64,000 bases of DNA, taken from assembly GCA_003693705.1 (NCBI GenBank), contig RBZT01000286.1, positions 124,001 through 188,000 of the forward strand, in the 5' to 3' direction. The DNA comes from Polymyxa betae A26-41. Its lineage: Eukaryota; Protista; Endomyxa: Phytomyxea. Of the stretch, positions 1 through 13,772 are shown piece by piece. The stretch's first letter is position 1; each line of letters starts with the position of its first letter. The notes below the pieces were generated by a model. That model saw only the letters and a list, made by a program, of their open reading frames with translations. It was not told where the DNA came from and searched no databases. The translations under genes and the position numbers were made by a program.

Positions 1-2905
1 ATCATTCAGCATCGATACAGCAATTGATGCCGGATATCGACTGACAAATGCAGACATCGTGGATAAATCTGAAAAGAAGAAGGTTCAGAAGATGATGGTA
101 TAGAAATGGCAGAGGAACGAACATGGTGAAATGGTATTAGCATCTTTGTCTTTATGGCTAACAAGTTCAAGTAGTGTTTTAAATATACGAGAAGCGCATG
201 GCTCTAATGCTTGATAAACTGATGATACATTCGAATTTGCCATAACAGTTAAACATTGAAGTCCTGTAGTAGCAACATTTCGAATTTCAACACAGGAGAG
301 GAATAACTCCAGACAGTTTTGGAAATCGGAACTGTCCAGCGATCCACCTGTAACATCCATCAGATGAAACAACAGACCGAGAAACTCAAATGAAAAAGCG
401 CCTCACCAAAGCAGGGGCAAAAATCAGCCAAAGCCGAACAGGCATAAATATGCACTTCTGTAGGACAGCTGGGAAGTTTCTTCGCGATCTCAAATAATGG
501 CTGGAATAGGAGAATCATTTCAGGGATTTCAGACTGATCATCATTAATGTGAAGACTCTTGCAAAGTGCAGCAGCACTTTCAAATGGAGCCACTGATAGC
601 TTGTCTATCATGTTGGGTCAGAAAGGTTGCAGACAACAGATTCAAGAAAACAGACTGGAATCATCATTGATGACGGTTATTAGCGCCTGTAATATAGACT
701 GAATATTCATCAAGCGTAGACGTGAACCTGGCAATAAACTAGTCAATGCTTTTAGAGTCTCAAGTCCAATTAGTTGAACGGATGTGTCGCTCTTATCAAC
801 AATTTCTGAAGAACAGATGAATACGTTGGACATAAGAGAAGTGATAATGAAAACCTGAAAGTGCAAATGACAGGACTTCATCTGATTCCGAGAATACTCG
901 AATTCCGAACAATGTTAAGATGGCTAATAAAGTATTGGCAGTGGAACGTTTTACTTCCAACTTAGCAGACATAATCTCAGGTCGTAACCTCGACATAATT
1001 TCCGATAAATATTCTGATGCGATATTGTCGACAGAGACATCGGAAGAGAGGCTCGAGAGCCTTTTCAGAAGAACGGAAAATGTGTCGAATACTTGAGCCT
1101 GAATATTTCTGAGATTTTTTCGTGAAGGATGATGTTGTCAGGTTATTGATACCTGAACAGCAGCGTCACGTTCGTTGAATCGATCCAAAAGTTGATTCAA
1201 GAGAGATGGAATATTGGTCAGAAAAGCAGATTTGAATGATCTGCAGCTGATCCATTCTGACAATAATCTTAAGGCTGCTAATCGCACCTAAAATCAACTA
1301 AGACGAACTCCAACCAGCACATTAAACGATATTCCGAATCGAAAGATCGACCCAACAACGGAGCGTTTTTACCTTCCAAGTAGTATCACCAGCGTCCTCT
1401 TCTGGTGCCATATCAGGTTCTAGACCCCAATCATCACCATCATATTCATCCATAGCGGTATCGATATCGTCATTCTCAACGAAATTCGGATCCAAAGTCA
1501 TCAACGTTAGAGCCGTGTTTAACAAGCTGCATCTGAACCGTTAGTAAGACGATTAGGCATAGGCAAATCGATAGACCTGGAGCGATATGCAGCCACGTAT
1601 TGGGGCCCGAATCGCACCAGGCATTCCAGTACGACCAAGGCCTGATAGCGAATAGTGACCATCTCCTCCTATGAAATCGTTACGAAACGGCCCAGTTAGA
1701 AGGCCCTGAGCACATACTTTGGCATCCTCAAAGTTCACTGCCTGATTCGGTACGATGATCTTCTCCAGAACCGGCATAATCGATGACGAATGCTGCACCA
1801 GACGCGATCCAGCTTTACGGGCCATATCAGACAGGGTCAGGACCAGTACGGCCAGTTTCTCATCCGGCAGATCTGATGAGATTCGCTTGGTGATCTCTTG
1901 CACTAAGTTTGCCAATTGTTGTGATGGACAGAAATTGGTGAATGAAGCCACAACACTCGGTATTAGACTGAATACAGATAATGAGTTTCATGCAGAGAAT
2001 GAAATATTGAATAGACAGAAAGGTGCAATAATGAAAGATGTCTCGACTTGATTGAATACCTGTTATTATAAACGGATTCGTCACTTAAAAGTCGGATGAG
2101 AATTGCCAAGATATTCTGGCAGTGTTCATCACCGACTGAGCATCCAACAAATTGCTCCAGAACGGTTTGCAACAGCATCAGACACCAGAAACGGGAATCG
2201 ATTTCCTCGCGATCCTCTGGACAAGATATCAGCCCGCATTCAATAGATTCGAGTTTGTCGTTTATACCAGTTCGTGTTCGCTTCTTTGCGCCTAAAGTAT
2301 CGAGAAGAACAGGGAGCAATAGATTCGAGACCTGTTCTCATCTCTGTATTTGAACACGATGAATAGAGCCTGATCATTATACCTGTTCTCCTAAACTAGA
2401 TGGTACATGTTCTAATACAGCACGTAATGCTTCAGCATAAACTTCCTTCAAATCCGATCCATTTTGTAGGTTCGACAGATTACTCAGTGTTCCGATGATT
2501 TCTATAACCTACAAAATCGTCAAGAAACACCCAAGAATTCAAGTGAAAAGTAATAACCTGGCTGGGGTCGAATTTCTCCACCATTGATGAGAAACTAATG
2601 AGTTATAGATTAGAAGCAATATGAAGTATTCGATGGCAGTTTGATACCAATTAACAGCAATTTGTTGAACATCGTTGCTGGAATCTTGCAAGCGTTTCAG
2701 CATAGCCTGTCTCATCTGTGTCTGCATTGGAGCATCAATAGCTTCCAGAGATTCGATCTCTCCTCGAAGGTCACTAATTGCCATGTATCGTTCATCTTTA
2801 TCATGATGAGAGCACTATGTCATAATCGCAATCAGAAATCAACTGTCACGATCTGGACCTTACCCGCTGGATCAAGGCTCGACAACGTTCGGTGGAATCA
2901 GCCAT
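1..2905 (-). CDS. CAND1: Cullin-associated NEDD8-dissociated protein 1 (HEAT repeats), multi-exon, runs off the left edge
   Basis: Spliced N-terminus MADSTERCRALIQR|CSHHDKDERYMAISDL...LKRLQDSSNDVQQIAV; LDPNF...EDAGDTTWK|VRLAA and DRFNERD match CAND1 hallmark motifs. Confidence 0.92.
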
Positions 2906-3665
2906 GAACCTGCTCTGGCTTGATCAGAACAGATTCTATTGAATGAGCACCCCGGGGTGTTCGGAACCGCACCACCATACAGACAAATCTTTCATAAAAA
3001 TATTCCACTGAATATTATCAATCTCGTTGGTGTCTATTTGTCGTTTATTTCCAGTTCTATGGAGTTTCTAACAGGGTCTTTTATCCAGGCTCTGCTTCTG
3101 CAAGCTGGCCGACTGCGTTGCTTCGAACAGATTACAGACGAATTAATACAGATGGCATAAATATTTATAATCATCTCTATATCATACAGCAGCTGACATG
3201 GCATCGTTTCGTTTGAAGGCTGCTAATCAATGGATTCTTTATTGTGGGTACCACATTGCTCGTTCGTGGTGCGATTCTTGTCTTCATTGCTTAAACTGTC
3301 TGCCAATCGCCTATACTTACATGTGTATATCTGAATCTATTCACTACTCCTAAACACTATATACAACCAATAGCAATGCTGTATCAATATTCTGTATGGC
3401 AGCTGTCAGGCTACCTATAGTACCAGTAACGTAACGGTGGGCTGCGTCACTACTCAGTTCCTGGCAAAATTGCGCGGCCTTCGGACTCGGTTCGAATTTG
3501 TCGACCTCGAACAAACGAAATTCGACTCTGTAATAACAGACAGATTCAGCAAACGAATTTCAATCGTCCACTATCGATTGACATAGTTTCTTCACTGATC
3601 ACTTATTATTCGTTCGTCTATCGTATTCCAGGCCCGGATTGTCGGCTTCTAACACCAACTCTCGA

Positions 3666-4967
3666 ATGGATGCGGCAATCGCAGCGCGCCTTTCCAGTGA
3701 ATTCCGATCCATCATCGACGAATTCGACTTGGGACAGTTTGCCTGCTCGATCGGTGTGGATTCTCTGTCACCGTCGTCTAAGAGATCGTTAAATGAAGCA
3801 GCAACAACTGCTTATGATGAGGGGAAACTACATACGAAAATCCCTCGCCCGTTGCTGAAGGAACTGGAGGGAACTCAGATGAAACCCGAACCTCAGATTA
3901 GCACGAAATCATGTATGTTTTGTTAGTTGAAATATGTTCGGGACTAAGACATTATTATTTAGCGAAAGTAGCTGAAAGAACAGCAGCAAGTAAGCAGAAA
4001 GGCTTACGTCATTTCAGTTTGATTGTCTGTGAAAAACTTCGACAATTACGAGCGACAACTTATCATTCTGTATGACGATGCGATTCTGTTTCTGAATTCT
4101 TGCTGATCTTTTTTGTAAGGTGTCTGATGAGCTTGTTGCTGAGCTAACTGAAGTTAGCGGTCCTGCATTCCTGGGTGCTAACGGCAAAGTAATTTAATCG
4201 GGCGCAGATTGTATATCGCCTGTGCTAAGCAAAACCTAGAAATATGAGGCGAAAAATATTCGAAGGCGAGTTTACGATGCTTTAAACGTGTTGCTGGCGA
4301 TCGGTGTCATTCGAAAAGATAAAAAGCAGATTACCTGGGTCGGATTATCCAGTGCTGAGGTAGCTCTGACTTTATCAGTTTTTGGCTTTTATATGAATAT
4401 GCCTTTAGCCGCTACTGGATAGACAAAGGCAGATCTCGGAGCGTGATGCTGCGCTACAAAGCGTTGAATCCAAGCGACAACGACTTTCATTGCTGATGAG
4501 GCATTACATCGCTCACCATAACATCAATGAACGAAATCGAATCTCCCATCGAACAGGGAAACCGGTAGAAGAAAGGCTCTATTTTCCGTTCGCATTAATA
4601 CAAGCACCAAGGGACGCCATCGTCGAAGCAGAGGTTATGGTACTTTTAATTTTAAAAATCATTTCCAACAATGGGTTTAGATGAAAGACGAGCGAAGAAA
4701 GGTACGAATCATTGGAAACAAGCCATTCACTCTAAGAGAGGATAAACAACTTCTCATGAAAATGGGATGCGCCAGAATATCTTCTACCGATTTAGCCAGG
4801 CTCATACCTAAAGATATTGTTCCCTTTTACAGCCCAAATCATATATCACAGCATGCCGCTTTTGGGGCTCCTGTTCAGGTACGTAATGCAATTGTTTCGA
4901 CTGATCTTGTTTCAATTGTATGCGTTAGTTATCCACTGATCCAGCGCTATACGAAGACATCCACTGA
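3666..4967 (+). CDS. TFDP: Transcription factor DP (E2F dimerisation partner), multi-exon
   Basis: [54 protein letters not shown] and LYFPFALI; last exon [12 protein letters not shown] after a 50-nt intron. Confidence 0.92.
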
Positions 4968-5599
4968 TACTGTTTTATATATTTTATCACTAACCACTGC
5001 TCCAATATATTTATTCATACTAAACCCCTAATTATTCTGAGCCTACGTCACCGCTGCGCTCATTTCGCTTCGGTATTGTTATTGACGCTTCTACGATGTG
5101 TTGTGCTTTGAAACTGTACGTAATTCTGCGGAATTAAATTCAGGCACCAGGATTCCAACTGAATCTGATTGTGGACGCTCAAGATAGTATGCCTGTTTTG
5201 TCGCGAAAGAATCTCCAACATTAGTCTTTCCACAAGTGGCCAACTTATTGCCAAAAAATAGACCGAAATGAAAGCTGCCTGCATAATCCTAGTGAACCAT
5301 CAAATGCAGTCTGATTTATCAACCTATTTAGAACCAAAGAACAGATTTTGACGCAGAGCGTTCCCGCTTTTCCTCGATCACGTTCTGATGTTTTCACATC
5401 GCTGGAATTCCAGTTTGGGTCCAGATCTCTTACACAGATATACTGAAGATGCAACAATGTGTAACCAGGAAATTAATTGCAATTTTGTATCAATAATACC
5501 GGTAAGGAAAAGGTTTCCCTTCTTATTTTATATACGATAGATTTTGGAAAGATTGTATTTTGAATATTACTATGAATAAACAGGCTCGAACTGAACCTC

Positions 5600-8500
5600 A
5601 GACATTCAATGTGCCACTGCATTCCCCTCAAGAATCCTGACGAATATTATTGGACCTCTGGTTTTTGGGTTCGCTTTGATAACAGCTTCGGCTGCAAACG
5701 GCCTCAGTTTCAGGTACTGCATTCATCGGCTAAAGACCATAAGGAGAGAATAAAACTGTATCCCGATTGATGCGCTAGCATATCCGGATTGCACATGGTC
5801 AATAAAGTATCAAGATTTGCTTCTGCAAGAATCTTTGTACTCAGCGTCTGGCAGAATTCATCGAGACTTAAAAGCATGTCTTGATGACGATGCCTAACAT
5901 AGCGTAACAGCCGATCCCAAGCGTTGCCAATGTCGTTTCCAGTGGCGTCGGGTTCAAATTTGACAAGGCATTCATGGATATAATCAACTATGATATTATT
6001 AGCATGACGCTCACAATGAGAATGTAAGCATACCCATTAGGTAGAATATTAACGACGGCCTGACGGATTCTACCACGGATTCTCCTAATTCCACTGCTTG
6101 TTTGTTAGTGCTGATGCTGCTACTACTGTTGCTGTTAGTGGTTCGACGCTTCTTCGTGGGCGGACTTTCGCTAGCCTGAAAAAAAAACGTTCAAATCGGA
6201 AAGCAACAGTCTTATGAAGTACTTTTTCTGGTTGAGATTTTTTGGAGAAGATAATCAGGCGTCGAAGGAACGTATGACGCTCCCGCAGCCACTCATCCGG
6301 TTTAAGAACAAGCAAACTGCACACCAAATGATATTCCATCGCATAGCTAAAAGAGTATGCCTGATTCGAATTATTGAGATCCACTAGGATATCGATTGTG
6401 CTAACCGGTGTGCCATCAGAAAATGCAAGGGATAACCACTGTTCCTTGGGGTCACAAGTAGACTGCATTACAGCTTTTCGCAGTCGAGTCTTTACTTCAC
6501 TTGGACTGCTGCTCATGAGGAAAGCCCCCTAGAACAAAATCAGAACGGAAAGGAGAAGCGACTAAAACACATCTACCAGTTGTATAAGATACGGAATAAA
6601 TCGAATGTTGGATTGGCGACCACCACCTTTGCTGTGTTCGGAAAAAGATTTATCCTGAACAAATCGCACCAAAAGCAAGCGAAGATTATGAAGCAGTACT
6701 TCGACTCTGAGAACTAATTGGCAACAGATTCGGAATTAGAGTTGGTTCTTACTTTTGTAACTGAAATGCCGACCGAAATGGAATGTTGCGCCAGTAATCG
6801 TCAGTGCGAAGGGCGTATTCATCCAATGAATTCGATTTGTGAAGAATAGGAAATATGTTATTGCAAAGCGTATGAGCGTTCCTCAAAGTTGCCCCTTCCC
6901 ATTCGGATTTAGGAGGCTTTTTCCTTCTATCGGCTCCTGCAGCGTCCGAGTGGCATGTGTAATGAATCGTATTGAAGTGTGTCACTGATGTCAAACCGAT
7001 ATTCTCGTCCCTGGTTCAAGATTAAACACTCCAAGAAAGCATTTTGCAGTTCTTACTTTGAACTGCAATCGACATTGAGGTTGACCTCTTTGTCGAAAAC
7101 ATAAAATCCTAGCATGTCCCTGGGCTTGTACGCATATCCTTCTTGACAAACCATGCAGGTAAGACCAGGATCAGACGCAACAGACTCCATGCCTAAAATC
7201 GACGCAGGTGCTTTCCCGCAAGGTTGAAGCCCTATATTATCATAAAACCTGGTACATTCCATAGTCATTATATCACTAACCTAACTGATCCAGAAGTTTC
7301 TTCCTCTTCGCTAAAGCGGCCTTCTTTCGCGAATTCCGAGAATCATCTCTGAGTTTTTGAACAACAGTAACGACGCTCGGGCAATTATCGCATAAAGCCT
7401 CTAACAAATTCTCAGCTAAAGGACCAACTCTGTTGACTGAGGTGATGCGTTCTGAGAGGAAATGGGAATCGGAAAGACGTCGGACTATAAGTTAGGGATA
7501 TTACCGAGACGATGCAGGAGAGGAATAATTGGAAGGGCAGTAATTTGAGATTGTTCGAATCCTTTCACAAGTCCCGTCAAAATTCTTAGAACATAGGGTA
7601 AAGATTCGTTTGAGGCTACACTTGACTGAGACTCGATTGATTTCAAATAATTGTACGCTGCAGGTACAATGGATTCTGACGCCAAAGATCGTAGTTCTGA
7701 TTCACTTTGTTATCAAATTGACTGAGACGACCAAATTTATACCAACCATAGGACACTTCAGGAGATGAGCTTGTTAAGCTTTCTGCAACAAAAGCAAAAC
7801 ACTCCGCTGGGAAGATGTTCTGTAACAAAAAGTGAACATTCGTGTTGCAAACGCTGATTTGATATACCTTTTGATTCGCATCAATTGATTGCCAGTCAAG
7901 ATGGGACATAAAGGATTGTAAAAGAACTTGGGCAGGAGATTGTAGTCCACGAGTTATACCTGGTAACAGACTTGCTAACCGTGGCCAGGCAGAAGGAAGC
8001 GGAGAATGACACAATAGGAAGTCGGTAATCTTTCGAACATCATCAACTAAAAACGAATCCATTTGCGAAAGAAAGAGGTAGACAGACGACAGACTCACCT
8101 GCATCAGCAACATTCCCATCAACGATTGTGGCCAAAATGTCCAGCAAATCGTTGGATACTTGACTACTATACTGATTCGGATACGGGGAGCGAAAAACTG
8201 TCAGCAATAGCGACAGCAGGAAATGGTAACCAGGATTTAAAAATGGTCGATTTCTAACGAATCAATTAAGCAACATAGCGATAATGACATCATGAAATCG
8301 GCATACTTTTCTATATAGGCACAATATCGAAGCGTCCTAATCGATAGAGCAGCATATTGGGTTTCGAGATCGTCCTCGCCGAACGGCCGTTTCAGGGCTT
8401 GAAGCTGTACGAGCAGCTGGGCAATACCACCACATTCTCCAACAACCGATAATGGGGCGTACTAGATTATGATTAGTGAAACAGCAATTGAAATCGACCA

Positions 8501-11500
8501 ACAACCTTTAATTGTGGTTCAACTTGATCAGACTCGTCATTTAACTGTGTTATTATATCTTCAGTTGCTTCACCATCAAGGCCTTTCAATCGGTATGTAA
8601 CCACCATTGATGAAGAATCAATGACCAAATCGTCATAGTCTGAATCGTAATCGACAACTGAAGTCGAGCCTGCACACTATTCAGATTTGGAGAGTGAAAG
8701 AGAAAGATCACAAACCTGCAAGTAAGGCAGGCTTCCATAACTTCTGGTAAACTCCGGCGATAGGAAGTGATAGGTCAATAATGCAACCATTAACCAACAG
8801 CTCAAACATTCCAGCAGCATCCTAATCGTGTTTCAGCGAGAAAAAAACGTTGATCAAATTATGCAAAACCTCTAGATCTAAGTCACGACAGATTTTGTTC
8901 TTTAAATCTTCCATCGTTACGAGATCGGCTGATGAGTAAGGAGTCTTTTTCATGTTGCCACGTATAAATTCCTAAGAACAGCTTAGCTTCAAAAACGCAA
9001 GCTTGTAAAATGAGACAAACAACCTCTTGCGATAAAGCTTTACGTAAAAGAAGTTGACAATGATCGTTATTATGGTTCGGATGGACTGCGGCATCAATCT
9101 GTTCCAAAATGCGAATTGACGTTCGGATGTCGATGCGGCTGCGGCTGAGTGCTTCGATGTAAGCACGAATCAATATCATTCGATCGGCATCGGATTCAGA
9201 GAACACCTAATTATATAAGACGTATGTGGACAAAAATTTCAAATTTACTTCATCGATGACATGAAGCAGCATCATGGCAGCATCTTGAATCTGTTTAGTA
9301 CGGCAGAGGTAGAAACCCTAATGAATCACTTTCAGCAATATGACAACAAACAAACTATTAGCAAATACTTGAAGACACAAGAATGCATCGACAAAGGAAG
9401 AAACGTTGCATTTCAAGCAATCTCGAACAGAGACAATAGAATCAGAGAAATGATTCAGCAGTGACACGGCACCCAGAAGCGGATATGACGCTTCAATACG
9501 ACCTTTTTTTAAAAATGAAACCTGCTTTCAATCAAAATTCCGAAATCAAAATTCTTATTCGCAAACCTCTCGAGTCATTAATGCAATGAACACATCAACA
9601 AGAAGCGGATTCGACATTGCCGGTTTGCATTCCGCACGATGAGCAAGATCGTCAAAAAGATCAAAAAGCTGAACAGACGACGCGCCTGAAACCGCGTTAT
9701 CGGACTTGAAATTAAGCTGTTCAGGTTTGTTACCCAGATGAGTAGATACGATGACTTGAATTAAAGTAGGAATGAGAGCATCCCGAGCATGCTGTGAGCG
9801 CTCACATAAAATCCGGATCAATTCCGCTGTCTTGATTCGAACATCAAGAGATGCAAGACTCAGGATCAGTTTCCGAAGCCATCCAACGTCAGCGAAACGA
9901 TACAACGTCGATGCACGTAGCCAACTGGGACAATATCGCAGGAGAAAAGAGCGGACTAAACGTTCAGGTTAGTTGTATATAGTGTATAGCATCAGGCATA
10001 CCAGTCATTGATTCAGACGAAAACGAAGACGCTAGTAGGGTGTCAACAAAAACTTTGATTGAAATCGCCGGCTTCTGCTCAGCGGAGGAATCGGGACCTC
10101 GACGAGATTTTCGACAAATTGAATTCATATGAGAACGGGCAGACACCGACGAGGGTGATCCAGACATAAGCTGATGTTTTCGAGTAAGCTTTGAAGCCGA
10201 AACAGTTACTGAAGTCTAGGATAAAATGAGAAGTTTGAAAAAAAAAATTCTCGACAGCGAACCTGTGTTTCAGATCGCGAGAAAAGCCTTATAAGAAATG
10301 AAAGGCAAGGCACCAGGACATGCTGACTAACGAGAGCGTTATCATGCCCTTTGGCAACGGCAATAAGGAAAACTCGAAGAACTGCTTGAACACGCATTGC
10401 CCATTGATCATGAGTAGTAGAATCCAAAGAGCAGATATTAAGTAAAATCGTTGCGTAATTCGATAGAGCTTGATTAGGAATGCATTCTGACAGGTTGTCG
10501 ATAAGCAAACGAAGACGAGATTCCAAAGCATTATAGAACTGAATTTCACAGTTTTGTGATGATTCGCAGAGAGATGTCAGAATTGTTCGAGCTCTAGGAA
10601 AGATGTCAGCGAAGCTATTGCAAACTTAAGTGTTCTCACCGATCTCTTTCTGAAGATGATTCAGACCAACAAGCCTGATGTAATAAATCTGGAAGCAAAT
10701 TGGACGATATTAAAACAGGTTGCACGACTTTCGAAGAAGAAAGGATCTGGAAAAGTGGTTAATATCAGCAAGAATCAAATCAATGATGAGGCGTACTTGG
10801 AGTATTTGCCCTGACAGATTTACAAAATTTCTTAGGCAAACATAGCATATATTGGACAGTTCGTGTACTTCCATGGTCAAGTTTGTACAGGGCTCGAGCG
10901 CCTGTTGCGAGCGTTTCATATAACGAAGCAATTCCTGACGAGCTGCCACTACAATAGCATAATTGGAGCACGTGCTGCGATACGTGGACTGAACACAAAT
11001 CAATGGGCGCGTATAACATCTATTGAACCATACTCGTGCTTCACGATAAATCCGAGTCAATCGACCTTGAGAAATAGATTCAGATGATAAAAGTGATACA
11101 ATATCTGAGCGGTGAGATACTGTATCGTCAAGAGAAGCCTAAAAACGTCAGATTAACGAAAAGATCATGTAAAGTTTTACCTGTAATTCAACTGCATGTG
11201 TGCAAAGAATCTTATCTAATAGATGGCGGCGATCTTTCTCATTACGAATCGAAGCCACTGTAAAGGACGGTCGCGCTGATATAGAAATTTGCAATTGCGC
11301 AAACCTGCAGAATCCACATTCATTGCAAAGGAAGCCATCCAGATGCTCGTAATTGATGTTCCGACATTGCCGACACTGAAACGCGTTCTCCTTACATTGA
11401 GAGCAAATTCCATGCCGTGATGTAACAGGAGAGCGACATCTAAAAAACACGTTAGGAAGAAATATCTTTGAGTCCAGAGTATTACCTAGGGCATAAAATA

Positions 11501-13536
11501 ATTTCTAGAGACCCGTCCATGCTTTCATAAAAATCGACAAACTCGATCAGAATATTAAATGCACAAAAGTCGGTGCCCGTAGCAATAACGATATCGCTAG
11601 TCCATGGTTGCAGCCGTATGGATTTTGCTAGGGTCCAGCGGTCCCATTTGTCTTTCAACGATGCTAGGCTATCGATCTTCGGCCAAAAATGAACATTATT
11701 AGCAATAACCAACATCGTCACGAACCTTTTCAGCATTGAAGTACAAACGGATGTTCTTAATCGACCGAAAAGTGCTCATTTCTTCCAACCGAATGTGAAC
11801 AGATCTGATGCTTTTCATTTCTTGCAATCGAATCATACGCGTGCAGTGCGTGAATTTGGCTTCACTTTCGACATCGCGTACTTTGAACATTTCGAAATCT
11901 CCGAATTTATCACAGCACATAGGACACGGCTCGGCTTCTAAGTAATAGCCGAATTTTTCGTTCAAATTTGAGCTACTGCCAGAACTTATGTTTTGGTTGG
12001 AAGAGGGTAAATCCTGTTCAGCTAGGTTCAAATATCGTCCGATAGTGCGGTAGACGTGTGCATTGGGATGTTGCGATAAAGCTTTCTCAGCGTCGCGAGA
12101 TAACTGAACAAATTGCTTCAAGGCACCAAAGGCAGAAGAATCATTATCTGCAATGCTCATATCTTTGATCATATTGGCCCAAAGCAACGCAAACTGTTCC
12201 GCTCTTATACCCGCTGAAGGCATTCGGATCAATCTCTCACTGAGCAAAGGCAGCAGGATCGAATGACCAGTGTTCCGAATGACAAATGATGCATCTTCCC
12301 TCATCTTTTGCGATGGTGCATAAGTCAGTATATCAAGCAAATGCTCGATAATATTCGGCTTTAGTTGGCTGAACGAGTGGCTGCCGCATAAAGTCAGCAA
12401 CCGCAGAAACAATCCAGGTAGGTCGGTCAGGTCAGCAATTGCTCCTTCGAGCAAGAACTGAAAGACGTCTGGTTTGCCATTTATATACTCGAACCAGACG
12501 GAAAAATTGTTTGTAGCAAGTCGAATTAGAGAAGACATAGAGGAATGTAACTGGACTTGGACATTGAATGAGATATCAAAAGTGTCAGGTAACAGAAGCG
12601 AACGAATGTATCCTAGTAGTAACTCGAACAAATAATTAAGATATGTGATTGATTGTTGCTGAGGTGAGCCACAGGCAGATGACATCGCCGAAGTTGCTTT
12701 CGATTTTACGACTGAGCCGTCTGGACAAATTGCAACAGCTGGGGATAGGAGCGGAATCCACGACGGCTCAGCCAGCTTCAAATGATTAATCACATGGAAT
12801 ACGAGATGAAAGAAATTAAAGAAATCTGTAGAGAATCGCTCATCTGGACAATCAGTACTTTCAACAAGACGGGCCGTGCATAAAATCGCCGTGTCAGACG
12901 ATGGAAGGTTGACGCGAAGAACATCCAGCATAAATCGGGACCAATCAGACTTCACTTCAGAAGATAATGACGACGCCGAGACACTCCCAGCAGCGATAAG
13001 AACAGAACTGATCGCCGCTAATTCCTCTGCCGAAAGTTCTTGAGCGTGCTTGTCGGATATCTGAGAAAATGTTCAAAATATGTTCTAAAGAGCACAATAG
13101 GATTTTTGAATAGCATGCCTTGGTTTGCCCTAAAATATTCAAACAGTACATGAAAAATCCATCATTGGCGTCAGAATTTGACTGGAGAGCTGTCAAGATC
13201 TCTAATCGAGGAACGGCTGATTTTGTCAGATTGGCATGTATCTCGTTGGCAAATAAGCATCGAATCAGCGATTTCGACACCATAGCACGAGCCAAATCAG
13301 CTGAGTTATTGGGGAGATTGGTTGTTTGAGGAATGGATGTAGATCCTCTACGATTTTGGTCCAGCTGGGAGCTCATAGTAACAGCCATTTTCAATAATGT
13401 TCGTTCGTCTTCGGGATCGACGCCTCGAGGGACTCTGCAACAGATATTACAGATCTAAACAGCAAAATAATTTAATAACTGACAGGAGTCGATAAAGGGC
13501 ATCCAGCTGCCGCTGCGACAGAGCAGCAGGCTCCAT
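5600..13536 (-). CDS. UBR4: UBR4/BIG/p600-like ubiquitin ligase, C-terminal half only, multi-exon; 3' end approximate
   Basis: HPNAHVY, GYYLEAEPCPMC, DOC-like RSIKNIRLYFN, CSQCKENAFQCRQCRNINYEHLDGFLCNECGFC, hemiRING CMVCQEGY...SVTHFNTIHYTCH and EWEGATLRNAHTLCNNIFP; start MEPAALSQRQLDALYRLL|VPRGVDPEDERTLLKMAVTMS. Confidence 0.9.
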
Positions 13537-13772
13537 ATTGGACGCCAGCAACGATCAACTGTGGCTCCTGATGGGAGATAGGAATGGTAATGCGTCCCGG
13601 CTACAGTATTATGAAACCGCCTAGTGAGGTATAGACGAAATATTGCTAAAATGACTGGTTTGCTGATACCATTAATGGGAGACGTTGGATTGTGACGCAC
13701 TCGGCATTCCTGACTCCTCGGCTCCGGTAATTTCCCCTTCTCGAAATTATTGTTGTCATTAAGAAATGTTCT

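Noticed and set aside
3312-3325. ATACTTAC, resembling the U1 snRNA 5' end
   Set aside because: Not followed by CTG, and no U1 stem-loops or Sm site
3485-3530. GGTTCGAAT B-box/T-loop-like motif (also GGTTCGATTC at ~41159)
   Set aside because: No tRNA cloverleaf, acceptor stem or A-box spacing could be built
4895-5005. Repeated CACTGAT motifs after the DP gene
   Set aside because: Explained by a branch-point-like site, the last DP exon and its stop codon; not a regular array
5060-5457. Two short minus-strand ORFs between DP and UBR4
   Set aside because: No recognisable motifs or consistent splice model; probably UTR/intergenic
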